Assembly: GCA_965248835.1 (NCBI GenBank) | Contig: CBDFLJ010000002.1 | Coordinates: 288,001-352,000, forward strand | Source of the DNA: Alphaproteobacteria bacterium | Lineage (GTDB): Bacteria > Pseudomonadota > Alphaproteobacteria > MPNO01 | Length of the DNA stretch: 64,000 nt | Direction of reading: 5' to 3' | Shown here: positions 54,509-64,000 of the stretch, one piece after another | How positions within the stretch are numbered: the stretch's first letter is position 1 | How the letters are laid out: every line of letters begins with the position of its first letter | Program-made: the position numbers and the translations under genes | The notes under the pieces: model-generated | Seen by the model: only the letters and a program-made list of their open reading frames with translations | Databases searched by the model: none | Told to the model about the DNA's origin: nothing

Positions 54509-55408
54509 TCATAGGCCGAAGCGCTTCCACATTGCCCATTCGTCGAGCGCGGCGACGACCTCCAGGGCGAGATCACCCGGCCGCACGCCGTTCGTCCCGA
54601 CGCCGATCCGGCGCCGCAGGCTCGATCTCCGGGTGATCGGGCGCACGCGCACATCCTCGCCGAAGCGCTCGCGCAGGATGGTCTGCATATCGCCCAGCCC
54701 GTCGATCAGCCCGAGCCCGACCGCCTGGCCGCCGGTCCAGAACGCGCCCGAGAACAGCACCTCGTCCTCGCCCTTCAGGCGCCGGCCGCGCCGGGCCCGC
54801 ACGTTGGCCTTGAACGACTCGTGCATCTCCGATTGCAGGTCCAACAGGCTCGCGACGTCTTCGGAGACCTCCGGACGGAAGGGGTCGAGCATGCCCTTGC
54901 GCGGACCGGCGGCGTGGATCCGGCGCTCGATGCCGTGGCGCTCGATGAAATCCGCGAAGCCGAACCCCGCCGAGATCACCCCGATCGAGCCGACGATCGA
55001 GTTCTCGTCGGCGAAGATCTCATCGGCCGCGCAGGCCAGCCAGTAGCCGCCCGAGGCCGCGACATCTTCGACGAAAGCGATCACCGGGACGCCGCGCTCC
55101 TCGGCGCGTTGACGGATCCGCCGGGCGATCAGCGCGCTTTGGACCGGCGAGCCGCCGGGGGAGTTGATCGACAACGCCACCGCGGACAGCCGCCGCGGCG
55201 CGAAGGCCCGTTCGATCGAGCGTTCGAGGCCTTCAAGGCTCATCCCTGCGCCGCGGGCAAGCCCCGTCCGGCCGATGACGCCGCTAAGCCGCAGCACCGA
55301 GAGCAGCGCGCCGGGCTGGCGCAGCCGCCGTAAGGGCATCAACCGGCGCCAACCGCGCGGCCGCGCGGTCGTGCCGGGAATGGGCACCGCCTCGCTCATG
55401 GCATTCAT
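54509..55408 (-). CDS. S49 family peptidase (SppA/SohB-like)
   Basis: INSPGGSPVQS, AASGGYWLA, GSIGV; start 55408 or 55399. Confidence 0.9.
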   Translation of the reverse strand: MNAMSEAVPIPGTTARPRGWRRLMPLRRLRQPGALLSVLRLSGVIGRTGLARGAGMSLEGLERSIERAFAPRRLSAVALSINSPGGSPVQSALIARRIRQRAEERGVPVIAFVEDVAASGGYWLACAADEIFADENSIVGSIGVISAGFGFADFIERHGIERRIHAAGPRKGMLDPFRPEVSEDVASLLDLQSEMHESFKANVRARRGRRLKGEDEVLFSGAFWTGGQAVGLGLIDGLGDMQTILRERFGEDVRVRPITRRSSLRRRIGVGTNGVRPGDLALEVVAALDEWAMWKRFGL

Positions 55409-55454
55409 GACACTATAGATAGAAGACGCGGGCCCGATCGCCAAGCCTGCCGCC

Positions 55455-56207
55455 TCACAGCGCAAGCGGGCCGCCGCCGCGCAGGATCGCTTCGGCCTCC
55501 GGCGTGTAGGAGCCGTCCCCGGCGTGCAGCGCCATGCCGCCGAGAAGCCGCAGCGGCGTGGCCACGCCGGTTCGGGCACGGATCAGCACCCGCCTGGCCG
55601 CCCCGGCGCCGGCGCGGGCCCATAGCGGGAAGACCACGATCTCGCCGCCCCGGCCCGACAATGCCGCAAGCACATCGGCCAGCCGGTCGGTCCGGTGGAT
55701 CAGGGTCAGCGTGCCCTTCCGGCGCAGCATCGCGGTCGCGAAGCCGATCCAGGCCGCAAGATCGGCCTCGCCTTCGATCCGCGCGGCCGCGCGGGCTTCG
55801 TTGTCGGGCCTGCCGGTCGTTCCCGTCTCGAAGAACGGCGGGTTCATCATCACGTGGTCGTAGGCGCCGGGAGCCAGGCGCGGCGGCGGTCGGGCGAGAT
55901 CGCCCATCATCACGTCGACCCGCCGCTCCAGCCGGTTGAGCCGGGCATTCTCGCCGGCGAGCCGGACCAGATCGGCCTGGCGCTCCAACCCGACCACGCG
56001 GCAGCCGGGCACCCGTCTGGCCAGGCACAGGGCCGCGGCCCCGACGCCGGCGCCGGGCTCGAGCACGGACTGGCCGTCCTCGGCGGGCACCGCGGCGGCC
56101 AGCAGCACGGTGTCGATCGCGACCCGGAAGCCTTCGCGCGGTTGGCGAACGGTGATCGCACCGCCCAGCAGCCGGTCCTCGGTGACGTCGTCGCGCCGCG
56201 CGCTCAT
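55455..56207 (-). CDS. tRNA1(Val) A37 N6-methyltransferase-like SAM methyltransferase
   Basis: QPREGFRVAIDTVLLA, EPGAGVG, MNPPFF. Confidence 0.85.
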   Translation of the reverse strand: MSARRDDVTEDRLLGGAITVRQPREGFRVAIDTVLLAAAVPAEDGQSVLEPGAGVGAAALCLARRVPGCRVVGLERQADLVRLAGENARLNRLERRVDVMMGDLARPPPRLAPGAYDHVMMNPPFFETGTTGRPDNEARAAARIEGEADLAAWIGFATAMLRRKGTLTLIHRTDRLADVLAALSGRGGEIVVFPLWARAGAGAARRVLIRARTGVATPLRLLGGMALHAGDGSYTPEAEAILRGGGPLAL

Positions 56208-56428
56208 CTGGGGTCGAGCCGCGCGCCCTCGCCCGCATCGGCGAGGATGCGGCGCGCCCGTTCGTGCGCGTCGTCCTCGACCATGACCCGGCGCGGGATG
56301 GCGAACGTGCTGCCCTCGAGCACCGACATGTGCGAATCCAGCACCGTCGGCACGATCCCTTCGGCGCGCAGCAGGGCTTGAACCCAGGACAGGAAGACCA
56401 GGTCGTTGGTCCGCAGCAGCTCCCGCAT
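56204..56428 (-). CDS. DUF2007 family protein
   Basis: MRELLRTND, DSHMSVLEGS, PRRVMV; conserved position next to ispB. Confidence 0.8.
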   Translation of the reverse strand: MRELLRTNDLVFLSWVQALLRAEGIVPTVLDSHMSVLEGSTFAIPRRVMVEDDAHERARRILADAGEGARLDPR

Positions 56429-56550
56429 CGCTCGGCTGTCGGCCTTTCGGGCGGATGGTCGCACGCCGCACCGGCCAGCTTGACGCTGCCGGCGGCGGGA
56501 CTATGTTCCGTCTGGCTGTCTAGCATCTTCCCGCGGGGGAAACAAAGCTT

Positions 56551-57573
56551 GTGAGTGTGGTCGTAGAGCTCGGACGCGGCCCAGGCGCGCGCCGCGGTCC
56601 CAGCCTGGACAGGCTGACGGCGTTGACCTCCGAAGACCTCCAGCGGGTCAACCAGACAATCATCGAGCACATGCAGAGCCCGGTGCTGCTGATCCCGCAG
56701 CTCGCCGGCCATATCGTAGCCTCCGGCGGCAAGCGGCTGCGGCCGATGATCACGCTCGCCTCCGCCCGGCTGTTCGATTACCGCGGCGCGCGGCATATCG
56801 GCCTCGCGGCCTGCGTGGAGTTCATCCACACGGCGACCCTGCTGCATGACGATGTGGTCGATGAGAGCGACCTGCGCCGCGGCGCGGCGACCGCCAACGC
56901 GGTCTGGGGCAACAAGGCCTCCGTCCTGGTCGGCGACTTCCTGTTCAGCCGCTCGTTCGAGCTGATGGTCGCCGACGGATCGCTCGACGTGCTGGCGATC
57001 CTGTCCGAGGCCGCCTCGGTGATTGCCGAGGGCGAAGTGCTGCAGCTCATGACCGCCAACGACACCGAGACCACCGAAGAGGACTACCTGGAGGTGATCC
57101 GCGCCAAGACCGCGAGGCTGTTCGCTGCCGCAGCCGAGATCGGCGCGGTGGTTGCCGACCGCTCGGATGCCGAGCGCGCGGCGCTGCGCACCTTCGGCCA
57201 CAATCTCGGCATGGCCTTCCAGCTCACCGACGACGTGCTGGATTATTCGGCCCGTCAGGCGACGCTGGGCAAGACCGTCGGCGACGACTTCCGAGAGGGC
57301 AAGATAACGCTGCCGATCGTGCTCGCGTTCCGCGCCGCCGACGAGGACACCCGCAAGTTCTGGCGGCGGACGCTGGAGGACCTCGAGCAGAAGAAGGGCG
57401 ACCTCAAACGGGCGATCGCGCTGCTGGAGCGTACCGGCGCCCTGCGCGCAACGCTTGAACAGGCGCGCCACTATGCCGCCCGGGCGCGCCAGGCGCTCGA
57501 TGGCCTGCCTGAAGGCGAGGCCCACGCCGCGCTTTGCGAAAGCCTGGAATTCGCCGTCGAGCGCGCCTATTAG
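56551..57573 (+). CDS. ispB: Polyprenyl (octaprenyl/decaprenyl) diphosphate synthase
   Basis: GGKRLRP, LLHDDVVD, FQLTDDVLD, DFREGKITLP. Confidence 0.93.
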   Translation: MSVVVELGRGPGARRGPSLDRLTALTSEDLQRVNQTIIEHMQSPVLLIPQLAGHIVASGGKRLRPMITLASARLFDYRGARHIGLAACVEFIHTATLLHDDVVDESDLRRGAATANAVWGNKASVLVGDFLFSRSFELMVADGSLDVLAILSEAASVIAEGEVLQLMTANDTETTEEDYLEVIRAKTARLFAAAAEIGAVVADRSDAERAALRTFGHNLGMAFQLTDDVLDYSARQATLGKTVGDDFREGKITLPIVLAFRAADEDTRKFWRRTLEDLEQKKGDLKRAIALLERTGALRATLEQARHYAARARQALDGLPEGEAHAALCESLEFAVERAY

Positions 57574-57729
57574 CGCATGCTCCGGACGCGCTGGTGCGGC
57601 GCGAAGACGGCCCATTCGCCGCGACCTTGGAGATCCGCGCCGCACACCGCCCCGGATCCCGTAAACCCCCATCGCCCGAGGCATTGCGAGCCAATCGCCG
57701 GGGCGCTATAAGACCAGCCCGCACGCGGT

Positions 57730-57806
57730 CGGAGTGTAGCTCAGCCTGGTAGAGCACTGTCTTCGGGAGGCAGGGGCCGGTGGTTCGAATCCACTCACTC
57801 CGACCA
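57730..57806 (+). tRNA. tRNA-Pro (anticodon CGG)
   Basis: CGGAGTG/CACTCCG acceptor stem, anticodon loop TTCGGGA, GGTTCGAATCC, encoded CCA. Confidence 0.96.
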
Positions 57807-57937
57807 GCCCTTTTCCGATCGCCTCAGGGCCAAGCCCAAAGCATGTCTCGAACAAGCCGGACCGGCGCGCATGCCGATTTGCCCGATCGAATCGGCCGGG
57901 TATCCTGGCGTGTGCAACCGAGCGGGAGAATGCGCGC

Positions 57938-59710
57938 GTGAACAGGCAGGCCGTGGATCCGGTGGTCACCGAGATCGTCCGCAACGGTGTGATGGCGGTG
58001 AGCGAGGAGATGAAGACCAACCTGATGCGCACCGCCTACAACATGATCATCTACGAGGCGCTGGACTTCACCGTCGGGCTGTTCACCGCCGACGGCGAGA
58101 CGATTTCGATCGGGCTCGGGCTGCCGATGTTCATCCGCGGCATGGCCGCGACCTTGAAGGCCAAGCTCGCCCATTTCGGCGCGGACGGGATCGAGCCCGG
58201 CGATATCCTGGTCACCAACGACGCCTATGTCACCGGCAGCCACCTCAACCACATCACGCTCAGCCTGCCGATCTACCATGACGGAGAGCTGGTCGGGTTC
58301 GCCTGCTGCATGGCGCATTGGCTGGATATCGGCGGCACGCTGCAGGGCATCACCACAGACATCTATTCGGAAGGGCTCCAGCTTCCGCTGCTCAAGCTGC
58401 AAAAGGCGGGCGTGATCGATCAGGACCTGGTCGATCTCATCGCCATGAACGTGCGCATGCCCGAGCGCGCGCTCGGCGATTTGCGCGCCCAGCTCACCGC
58501 CGTCCGGACCGGCGAACGCGGCTATCTCGGGCTCATCGCGCGCTACGGCAAGGACGCTGTCGCGGCCAGCGTCGCGGCCATCATGGACCAGTCCGAGCAG
58601 GCGGCCCGCGCGCGGACCGCATCGATCCCCGATGGCATCTACGAGGCCGAGGCCTTCATGGACGATGATGGGATCGAAATCGGCAAGCCGGTGCCGATCC
58701 ATGTCCGGGTCGAGGTTGCCGACGAGACCATGACCATCGACCTCACCGACGTGTCCGCTCAGGTCAAGGGCTTCTACAACTCGGGCATCACGACGGCCTA
58801 CGCGTGTGCGCAGGTCGCCTACAAGTGCCTGACCTCGCCGACGGATTATCCGATCAACGACGGCAGCTTCCGCCCGCTCAGCACCGTCATCCCGCCCGGC
58901 CGGATCGTGAGCGCGCAGAAGCCGGCCGCGATGCGGAGCTGGATGAGCTTTCCGATGACCATCGTCGATGCGATCTTCAAGGCGCTGGCGCCCGCAGTGC
59001 CCGAGCGGGTCGCGGCCGGCCACCACGCCGATCTGATGATGGGCCGGATGAACGGCATCGACCCGGCCCGGTCCAAGCTGTTCATCGGCGCGATCGGGCC
59101 GACCGGCGGCGGCTGGGGCGCCAAGCACGACAGCGACGGCGTGAGCGCGACCGTCTGCCTCAACGACGGTGATACCCACAACAGCCCCTCCGAACTGATG
59201 GAGGTCAACTACCCGATCGTCATCGAGCGTCACGGGCTGATCCCCGATTCGGGCGGCGCGGGGCGGCACCGCGGCGGGCTCGGCATCGAATACGTCGTCC
59301 GGGCGCGCTCGCCGCTCAACTTCAACAGCCAGGCCGAGCGCGCCAATTGCGAGCCCTGGGGGCTGCAGGGCGGGCTCGACGGCAGGGGCAACCGCATCGC
59401 ACTCAGGGTGAACGGCGCGCCGGGGCCGGAGTTCACCAACGCCAAGCTGTTCTGGCAGCGGATCGAGGCGGGCGATGCCTTCATCGTCAACTCGGGCGGC
59501 GGCGGCGGCTTCGGTTCGCCGCTCGAGCGGCCGGCCGAGCGGGTCCGCGAAGACGTGCGCCACGGCTATGTAAGCCTCGAGGCGGCGCGCGCGCTCTACG
59601 GCGTGGTCATCGATCCCGAGACATTGGCGCTCGACGAGCGCGCGACCGCGCGTGTCCGCGCAGCGATGGCGACGCTCGCCGCCGCAGACCGAGCGGAGGC
59701 GCGGCCATGA
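57938..59710 (+). CDS. Hydantoinase B/oxoprolinase family subunit
   Basis: RTAYNMIIYEALDF, NDAYVTGSHLN, HWLDIGG, DSGGAGRHRGG. Confidence 0.92.
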   Translation: MNRQAVDPVVTEIVRNGVMAVSEEMKTNLMRTAYNMIIYEALDFTVGLFTADGETISIGLGLPMFIRGMAATLKAKLAHFGADGIEPGDILVTNDAYVTGSHLNHITLSLPIYHDGELVGFACCMAHWLDIGGTLQGITTDIYSEGLQLPLLKLQKAGVIDQDLVDLIAMNVRMPERALGDLRAQLTAVRTGERGYLGLIARYGKDAVAASVAAIMDQSEQAARARTASIPDGIYEAEAFMDDDGIEIGKPVPIHVRVEVADETMTIDLTDVSAQVKGFYNSGITTAYACAQVAYKCLTSPTDYPINDGSFRPLSTVIPPGRIVSAQKPAAMRSWMSFPMTIVDAIFKALAPAVPERVAAGHHADLMMGRMNGIDPARSKLFIGAIGPTGGGWGAKHDSDGVSATVCLNDGDTHNSPSELMEVNYPIVIERHGLIPDSGGAGRHRGGLGIEYVVRARSPLNFNSQAERANCEPWGLQGGLDGRGNRIALRVNGAPGPEFTNAKLFWQRIEAGDAFIVNSGGGGGFGSPLERPAERVREDVRHGYVSLEAARALYGVVIDPETLALDERATARVRAAMATLAAADRAEARP

Positions 59711-60738
59711 AGGCGCTCGTGCTCGAGGCCGCCGGCGCGCGGTTCGCGCTCAGGGAGCTGCCCGATCCGGTTGCCGGACCCGGCGAGGCGGTCGTGCGGG
59801 TGCGCGCCTGCGGGTCCGGGCTCACCATCCAGCACGTCAAGGCGGGCCGCGCTCCGGTGGCGTTCCCGCGCATCATCGGCCACGAGATCACCGGTGAGGT
59901 CGTGGCGCTGGGGCCAGGCGCGACGGGCCTCGCGATCGATGATCCGGTGACCGCCTATTTCTATCTCACCTGCGGCCGTTGCAAATGGTGTCGGATCGAC
60001 CGGGAAACGCTGTGCGAGAACTTCGCGGGTTTCGTCGGCCGCGAGGTCGACGGCGGCTACGCCGAGTATCTCAAGCTTCCCGCCTCCAGCTTTCTCAAAT
60101 TGCCCGAAGCGCTCGACCACCGCAGATTTCCGGCCGAGATCGGAGTGGTTACCGATGCGATTGCCACGCCGCTGAAGGTGCTCCGGCGCGCCCGTATCGC
60201 AGCCGGCGAGACGGTTGCGGTCTTCGGCGCCGGCGGCGGGCTCGGAATCCATATGCTGATGATGCTGCGCTGGGCCCACGCACGGCCGATTGCCGTCGAC
60301 GTCGTCCCCGACAAGTTCACGGCCTGCCGCGAGGCCGGGGCAGACGCGGTGGTCGACGGCGGGCGGAACGACGTGAGCGAAGCGCTGATCGAGCTCACCG
60401 GCGGACGCGGTCTCGATGCCGCGATCGACTTCGTTTCGGCGCGCCAGACTCTGGAGGCGGCGGTCGGCGCGCTCGGCCGGGGCGGCCGGCTGGTCACGCT
60501 CGGCGGCTCCGGCCAGCCGTTCCAGGCACCGGCCGGCGCAATGCTCAACAAGGAGCTCGAGCTTATCGGCAGCCGCTATGCGACCAGGCAGGAGGTCATC
60601 GAAGCGCTCGAAATCGTTGCCCGCGGCGAAGTCTGGCCGATGGTCAGCGAGATCGGCCGCATGGTCGATGCCGAGTCGATCCACGAGAAGCTCGAAGCAG
60701 GGCTGATCACCGGCCGCGCAGCGATGCTGATCGAATGA
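59707..60738 (+). CDS. Zn-binding alcohol dehydrogenase (MDR) family protein
   Basis: ATGA overlap; GHEITG, CGRCKWC-x7-C structural zinc site, GAGGGLG. Confidence 0.88.
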   Translation: MKALVLEAAGARFALRELPDPVAGPGEAVVRVRACGSGLTIQHVKAGRAPVAFPRIIGHEITGEVVALGPGATGLAIDDPVTAYFYLTCGRCKWCRIDRETLCENFAGFVGREVDGGYAEYLKLPASSFLKLPEALDHRRFPAEIGVVTDAIATPLKVLRRARIAAGETVAVFGAGGGLGIHMLMMLRWAHARPIAVDVVPDKFTACREAGADAVVDGGRNDVSEALIELTGGRGLDAAIDFVSARQTLEAAVGALGRGGRLVTLGGSGQPFQAPAGAMLNKELELIGSRYATRQEVIEALEIVARGEVWPMVSEIGRMVDAESIHEKLEAGLITGRAAMLIE

Positions 60739-60769
60739 ACCATCGAATACCCGATCGAGGAGGCAAGTG

Positions 60770-61150
60770 ATGGGATTCCAGGTCGTCGATGTCCCGGGGC
60801 TGCCGAGCCCCGGACAGTTCAGCCATGTGGTCAGGAAGGGCAACATGGTCTTCATCTCCGGCCAGACCGCGCCGGAGGAGGCCAAGGCCGGCAACCTCGA
60901 CCCCTACGACCAGGCGCGCCGCATCTACGGCTATCTGCGCCAGGCGATCACCGCGGCCGGCGGGACGATGGCGGATATCGTCAAGATCAATACCTACGTT
61001 ACGGACGGCAGCCATTTCGACGCGATCCGCGCGCTGCGTCCGGAATATTTCGATCAGCCCTACCCCGCGGCGACCTCGGTCGTCGTCCATGCGCTCGCCC
61101 GCCGAGAGCTGGTGATGGAGATCGAGGCCATCGCCATCCTCGACGATTAG
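60770..61150 (+). CDS. RidA family protein
   Basis: FISGQT, DIVKINTYV, YPAATSV, EIEAIA. Confidence 0.9.
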   Translation: MGFQVVDVPGLPSPGQFSHVVRKGNMVFISGQTAPEEAKAGNLDPYDQARRIYGYLRQAITAAGGTMADIVKINTYVTDGSHFDAIRALRPEYFDQPYPAATSVVVHALARRELVMEIEAIAILDD

Positions 61151-61252
61151 GGCGCGTTCCGAACACGCTGGACAGGACCGCGCGATGTGCCGACAGCATT
61201 CCGCCAGCGCTGCGTTAAGCTGTTGATAATCAATGATATTGGATGCTGAACT

Positions 61253-62257
61253 ATGGTCTCCGACGGTCTGGTCTTCCTGTCTTATGAGGACACGCTGGCC
61301 CTCTTGAGCGCGTCCGAGGCGCTGGATGTCTGCGAGGACGTCTACCGGATGCATGCCAACGGCTCGGTCGACTGGACGAGCCCGCCGAGCTTCCGACTGG
61401 ACGATGACACCTTCCACCACCACTGGCACGTCAAGGGCGCGCTGCTCAACGACATCCCGGTCTCGGGCATCCGGATGTACAGCTATTACGAGGACGACGA
61501 GCGTTCGACGGTCGGCACGCTGGAAGCGACCCGCTATGTCCTTCTCAGCGATCCGCACACCTCGGTGGCGATGGCGATGGTCGACGAGCACTGGACGTAT
61601 GCGATCCGCAGCGCAGCCGCGGCCTGCATCGCTTGCAAGTGGATGGCGAACCCGGACTCGAAAATCCTGGGGCTGGTCGGCGTCGGCACGATGGGAGTGA
61701 CCTCGCTCGAATGCCTGACCTCGATGTTCGACTTCGAGGAGATCCGCTGCACTTCGAGGCGGCCGGAAACACGCCAGGCGTTCGCCGAAAAATGGTCGGC
61801 GGCGCTCGGGATCCCGGTGATCCCGGTCGCGACCCCCGAGGAGACGGTGCGCGGCGCCGACATCGCCGTCGGCGGGACCACCTCGACCGAAATCGTTAGC
61901 CGCGAGCCGTGGCTCAAGCCCGGCTGCACCTTCATCTCGCTTGCCCGGCGCGAACTCGATCCAGCCGGCTGGCCCAGGATGGACAAGGTGGTGGTGGACG
62001 ATTTCGACACCAATATGCTGACACCGGCCTTCCGCCAGACCGTCGCCGACGGCCTGCTGACCCGCGAGACCCTGCACGCCGAGATCGCGGATCTGGTGTC
62101 GGGACGGATCGGCGGGCGCGAACGCGCCGAAGAGCGCATCCTGATCCACACCGTGGGCCTGGTCTCCCAGGACGTCGCGCTATGCCACTTCGTCTATAAG
62201 AAGGCGCTGGAGGCCGGCATGGGCCGGTTTCTGCCGCTGCCGCATCTCAGCCGATGA
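61253..62257 (+). CDS. Ornithine cyclodeaminase/mu-crystallin family protein
   Basis: AIRSAAA, GLVGVGTMG, WLKPG, TVGLVSQD. Confidence 0.85.
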   Translation: MVSDGLVFLSYEDTLALLSASEALDVCEDVYRMHANGSVDWTSPPSFRLDDDTFHHHWHVKGALLNDIPVSGIRMYSYYEDDERSTVGTLEATRYVLLSDPHTSVAMAMVDEHWTYAIRSAAAACIACKWMANPDSKILGLVGVGTMGVTSLECLTSMFDFEEIRCTSRRPETRQAFAEKWSAALGIPVIPVATPEETVRGADIAVGGTTSTEIVSREPWLKPGCTFISLARRELDPAGWPRMDKVVVDDFDTNMLTPAFRQTVADGLLTRETLHAEIADLVSGRIGGRERAEERILIHTVGLVSQDVALCHFVYKKALEAGMGRFLPLPHLSR

Positions 62258-62312
62258 TACGCTGAGCAGGTTTCGGACAGGCTGGACCGGCCCGCTCCGA
62301 TCGGACCATACG

Positions 62313-62843
62313 CTAGACCCGCGCGGCGCGGCGCTCGACCTCCTCGGCGTAGATGTCCTCGTCGATGAAGCCGATCGGGCCGGGCCTGCCGGTGCCGATC
62401 ATGGTCTGCATCAGGACGTCCTCGTCGCTGTCGTTCTGGAAGCCGTGCGGGATGCCGGCCGGGCAGGAGACGACTTCGTAAGGGCCAAGCGTCGTCGAGG
62501 CGCGTCTTCCGTCTTCGTCCTGGAAGAAGACCGTAAGCCTGCCCTTCAGCACGAAAAACGCCTCCTCGACCTCGTGGGTGTGGGCGGAGCCACCCTGGCC
62601 GGGCGGCAGAATCATTATCGACAGCGTGAACCCGCCGGCCGGCAGGGCGTTGGGATCGTCCTTGCCCGACCCGCCGCCGCCGATCATGCGGAACTGCGCG
62701 CGCCGCCTTCCTTCGACCCGGGAATCGGCGAAGGCGTCCCAGTCCGGCTCGAGGTCGTCGAACCGCACCACCCGCCTGCGCGCCAGCTCCTCGATCGGGA
62801 CGTTCCTCAACTCGCGCTGGATCTCGTGTTTGACCCGTTCCAT
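62313..62843 (-). CDS. Cupin domain protein
   Basis: GSAHTHEVEEAFFVLKG...PAGIPHGFQN; start at MERVKHE. Confidence 0.82.
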   Translation of the reverse strand: MERVKHEIQRELRNVPIEELARRRVVRFDDLEPDWDAFADSRVEGRRRAQFRMIGGGGSGKDDPNALPAGGFTLSIMILPPGQGGSAHTHEVEEAFFVLKGRLTVFFQDEDGRRASTTLGPYEVVSCPAGIPHGFQNDSDEDVLMQTMIGTGRPGPIGFIDEDIYAEEVERRAARV

Positions 62844-62978
62844 CGCCCGGCTCCGTGTGTCGCTCACCGGCGCTGATGGTGGCCCAGCCCGCGCGCGCTT
62901 GCAACCGGACAATCCGGTCCTCGCCGCCGGCCCGGTTTGAGGGTAAAATGGAGGCGATCCATTCGAAGGGAGGGAGCG

Positions 62979-64000
62979 ATGCCGGTAGGTGATGCGCGTC
63001 TGAACGCGATGTGGCGTGAGGTCCTGGAGCTTTCCAAGGTCAAGAAGGGCGAGACGGTGGTCATCTTGACCGGGCAGTCGTCGAACCCGCGCTATATCGA
63101 GGCCTCCACGTCGGCCGCCCAGGCGCTGGGCGCGACGGTCTTTCGTATCGACATGCCGCCGGTCAACGAGGACAGGGCGATGGGCAACGACCCGTCCGCC
63201 TATGTCGGGGCGACGCCGCTGGACGGCAACCAGGCGGCGATGGAGGCGATGAAGCGCGCCGACATGGTCGTCGATCTGATGATGCTGCTGCATTCTCCGG
63301 AACAGGAGAAGATCCTGCAGTCGGGCACCCGCATGCTGCTCGCCGTCGAGCCGCCGGAAATCCTCGCCCGCATGATGCCGACGCCCGCCGACAAGCGCCG
63401 GATCAAGGCGGCATCGGCCGAGATCAAGAAGGCCAAGAACATGACGGTCACCTCGCCCTCGGGCACCGACTTCTCGTGCAGGATCGGCTCGTTCCCGGTC
63501 CTGGAAGAGTACGGCTTCGTCGACCAGCCGGGGCGCTGGGACCATTGGCCGAGCGGGTTCCTGGCGACCTGGCCGAACGAGAAGACGGCCAAGGGCACGG
63601 TCGTGCTCGATGCCGGCGACATCATATTCCCGTTCAAATCCTATGTGCAGTCGCCGATCGAGCTTTCGATCGACAAGGGGTTCATCACCCGGATCGACGG
63701 CGGTTTCGAAGCCGAGTACCTGCGCGAATACATGGAATCCTTCCGCGACCCGGACGCTTTCGCGATCTCCCACCTCGGCTGGGGGCTTCAGCCCAAGGCG
63801 CAATGGACGGCGCTTGGCATGTACGACAAGGACGCCTCCATCGGCATGGACGGGCGGTCGTTCTACGGCAACTTCCTGTTCTCGACCGGGCCCAACACCG
63901 AGGCCGGCGGCAAGCGCAACACGCCGTGCCACATCGACATCCCGATGCGCAACTGCTCGGTCTCGCTCGACGGCAAGGCGATGACACGGGACGGCGAGGT
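62979..64000 (+). CDS. nicX: 2,5-dihydroxypyridine 5,6-dioxygenase-like protein (runs off the window end)
   Basis: Not in the ORF track; hand translation MPVGDARL...AMGNDPSAY...MMLLHSPEQ...LLAVEPPE...GRWDHWPSG...SHLGWG...CHIDIPMR matches NicX motifs as recalled. Confidence 0.85.
   Translation, partial: MPVGDARLNAMWREVLELSKVKKGETVVILTGQSSNPRYIEASTSAAQALGATVFRIDMPPVNEDRAMGNDPSAYVGATPLDGNQAAMEAMKRADMVVDLMMLLHSPEQEKILQSGTRMLLAVEPPEILARMMPTPADKRRIKAASAEIKKAKNMTVTSPSGTDFSCRIGSFPVLEEYGFVDQPGRWDHWPSGFLATWPNEKTAKGTVVLDAGDIIFPFKSYVQSPIELSIDKGFITRIDGGFEAEYLREYMESFRDPDAFAISHLGWGLQPKAQWTALGMYDKDASIGMDGRSFYGNFLFSTGPNTEAGGKRNTPCHIDIPMRNCSVSLDGKAMTRDGE

Noticed and set aside
57730-57940. Genomic island integrated at tRNA-Pro
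   Set aside because: No integrase and no duplicated tRNA 3' end were seen in the window

Overview
High-GC alphaproteobacterial chromosome segment, inferred from the permuted two-piece tmRNA in thyA-ssrA-sspB context and the glyQS/sppA/ispB block. Housekeeping genes (purH, kdsB/kdsC, thyA, ssrA, sspB, class I fumarase, glyQ/glyS, ispB, tRNA-Pro) alternate with dense catabolic genes: hydantoinase/oxoprolinase subunits, non-heme iron oxygenases, a Rieske oxygenase, TRAP and ABC transporters, and a NicX-like dioxygenase. Two main hidden features were missed or split by the ORF track. (1) A cysteine-free BCP/PrxQ peroxiredoxin at 936-1388(-) has an in-frame TGA at the peroxidatic codon followed by a SECIS-like hairpin, making it a probable selenoprotein. 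(2) A 1705-aa PD-(D/E)XK nuclease + STAND NTPase (Avs/NLR-like candidate antiphage gene) at 40387-46449 is cleanly split by an IS5/IS1031-type element and bracketed by two directly repeated IS630 ends. There is also a nest of IS3, IS1111 and IS5 remnants at 34315-35277. All family assignments come from motif recognition by eye; no database searches were run.
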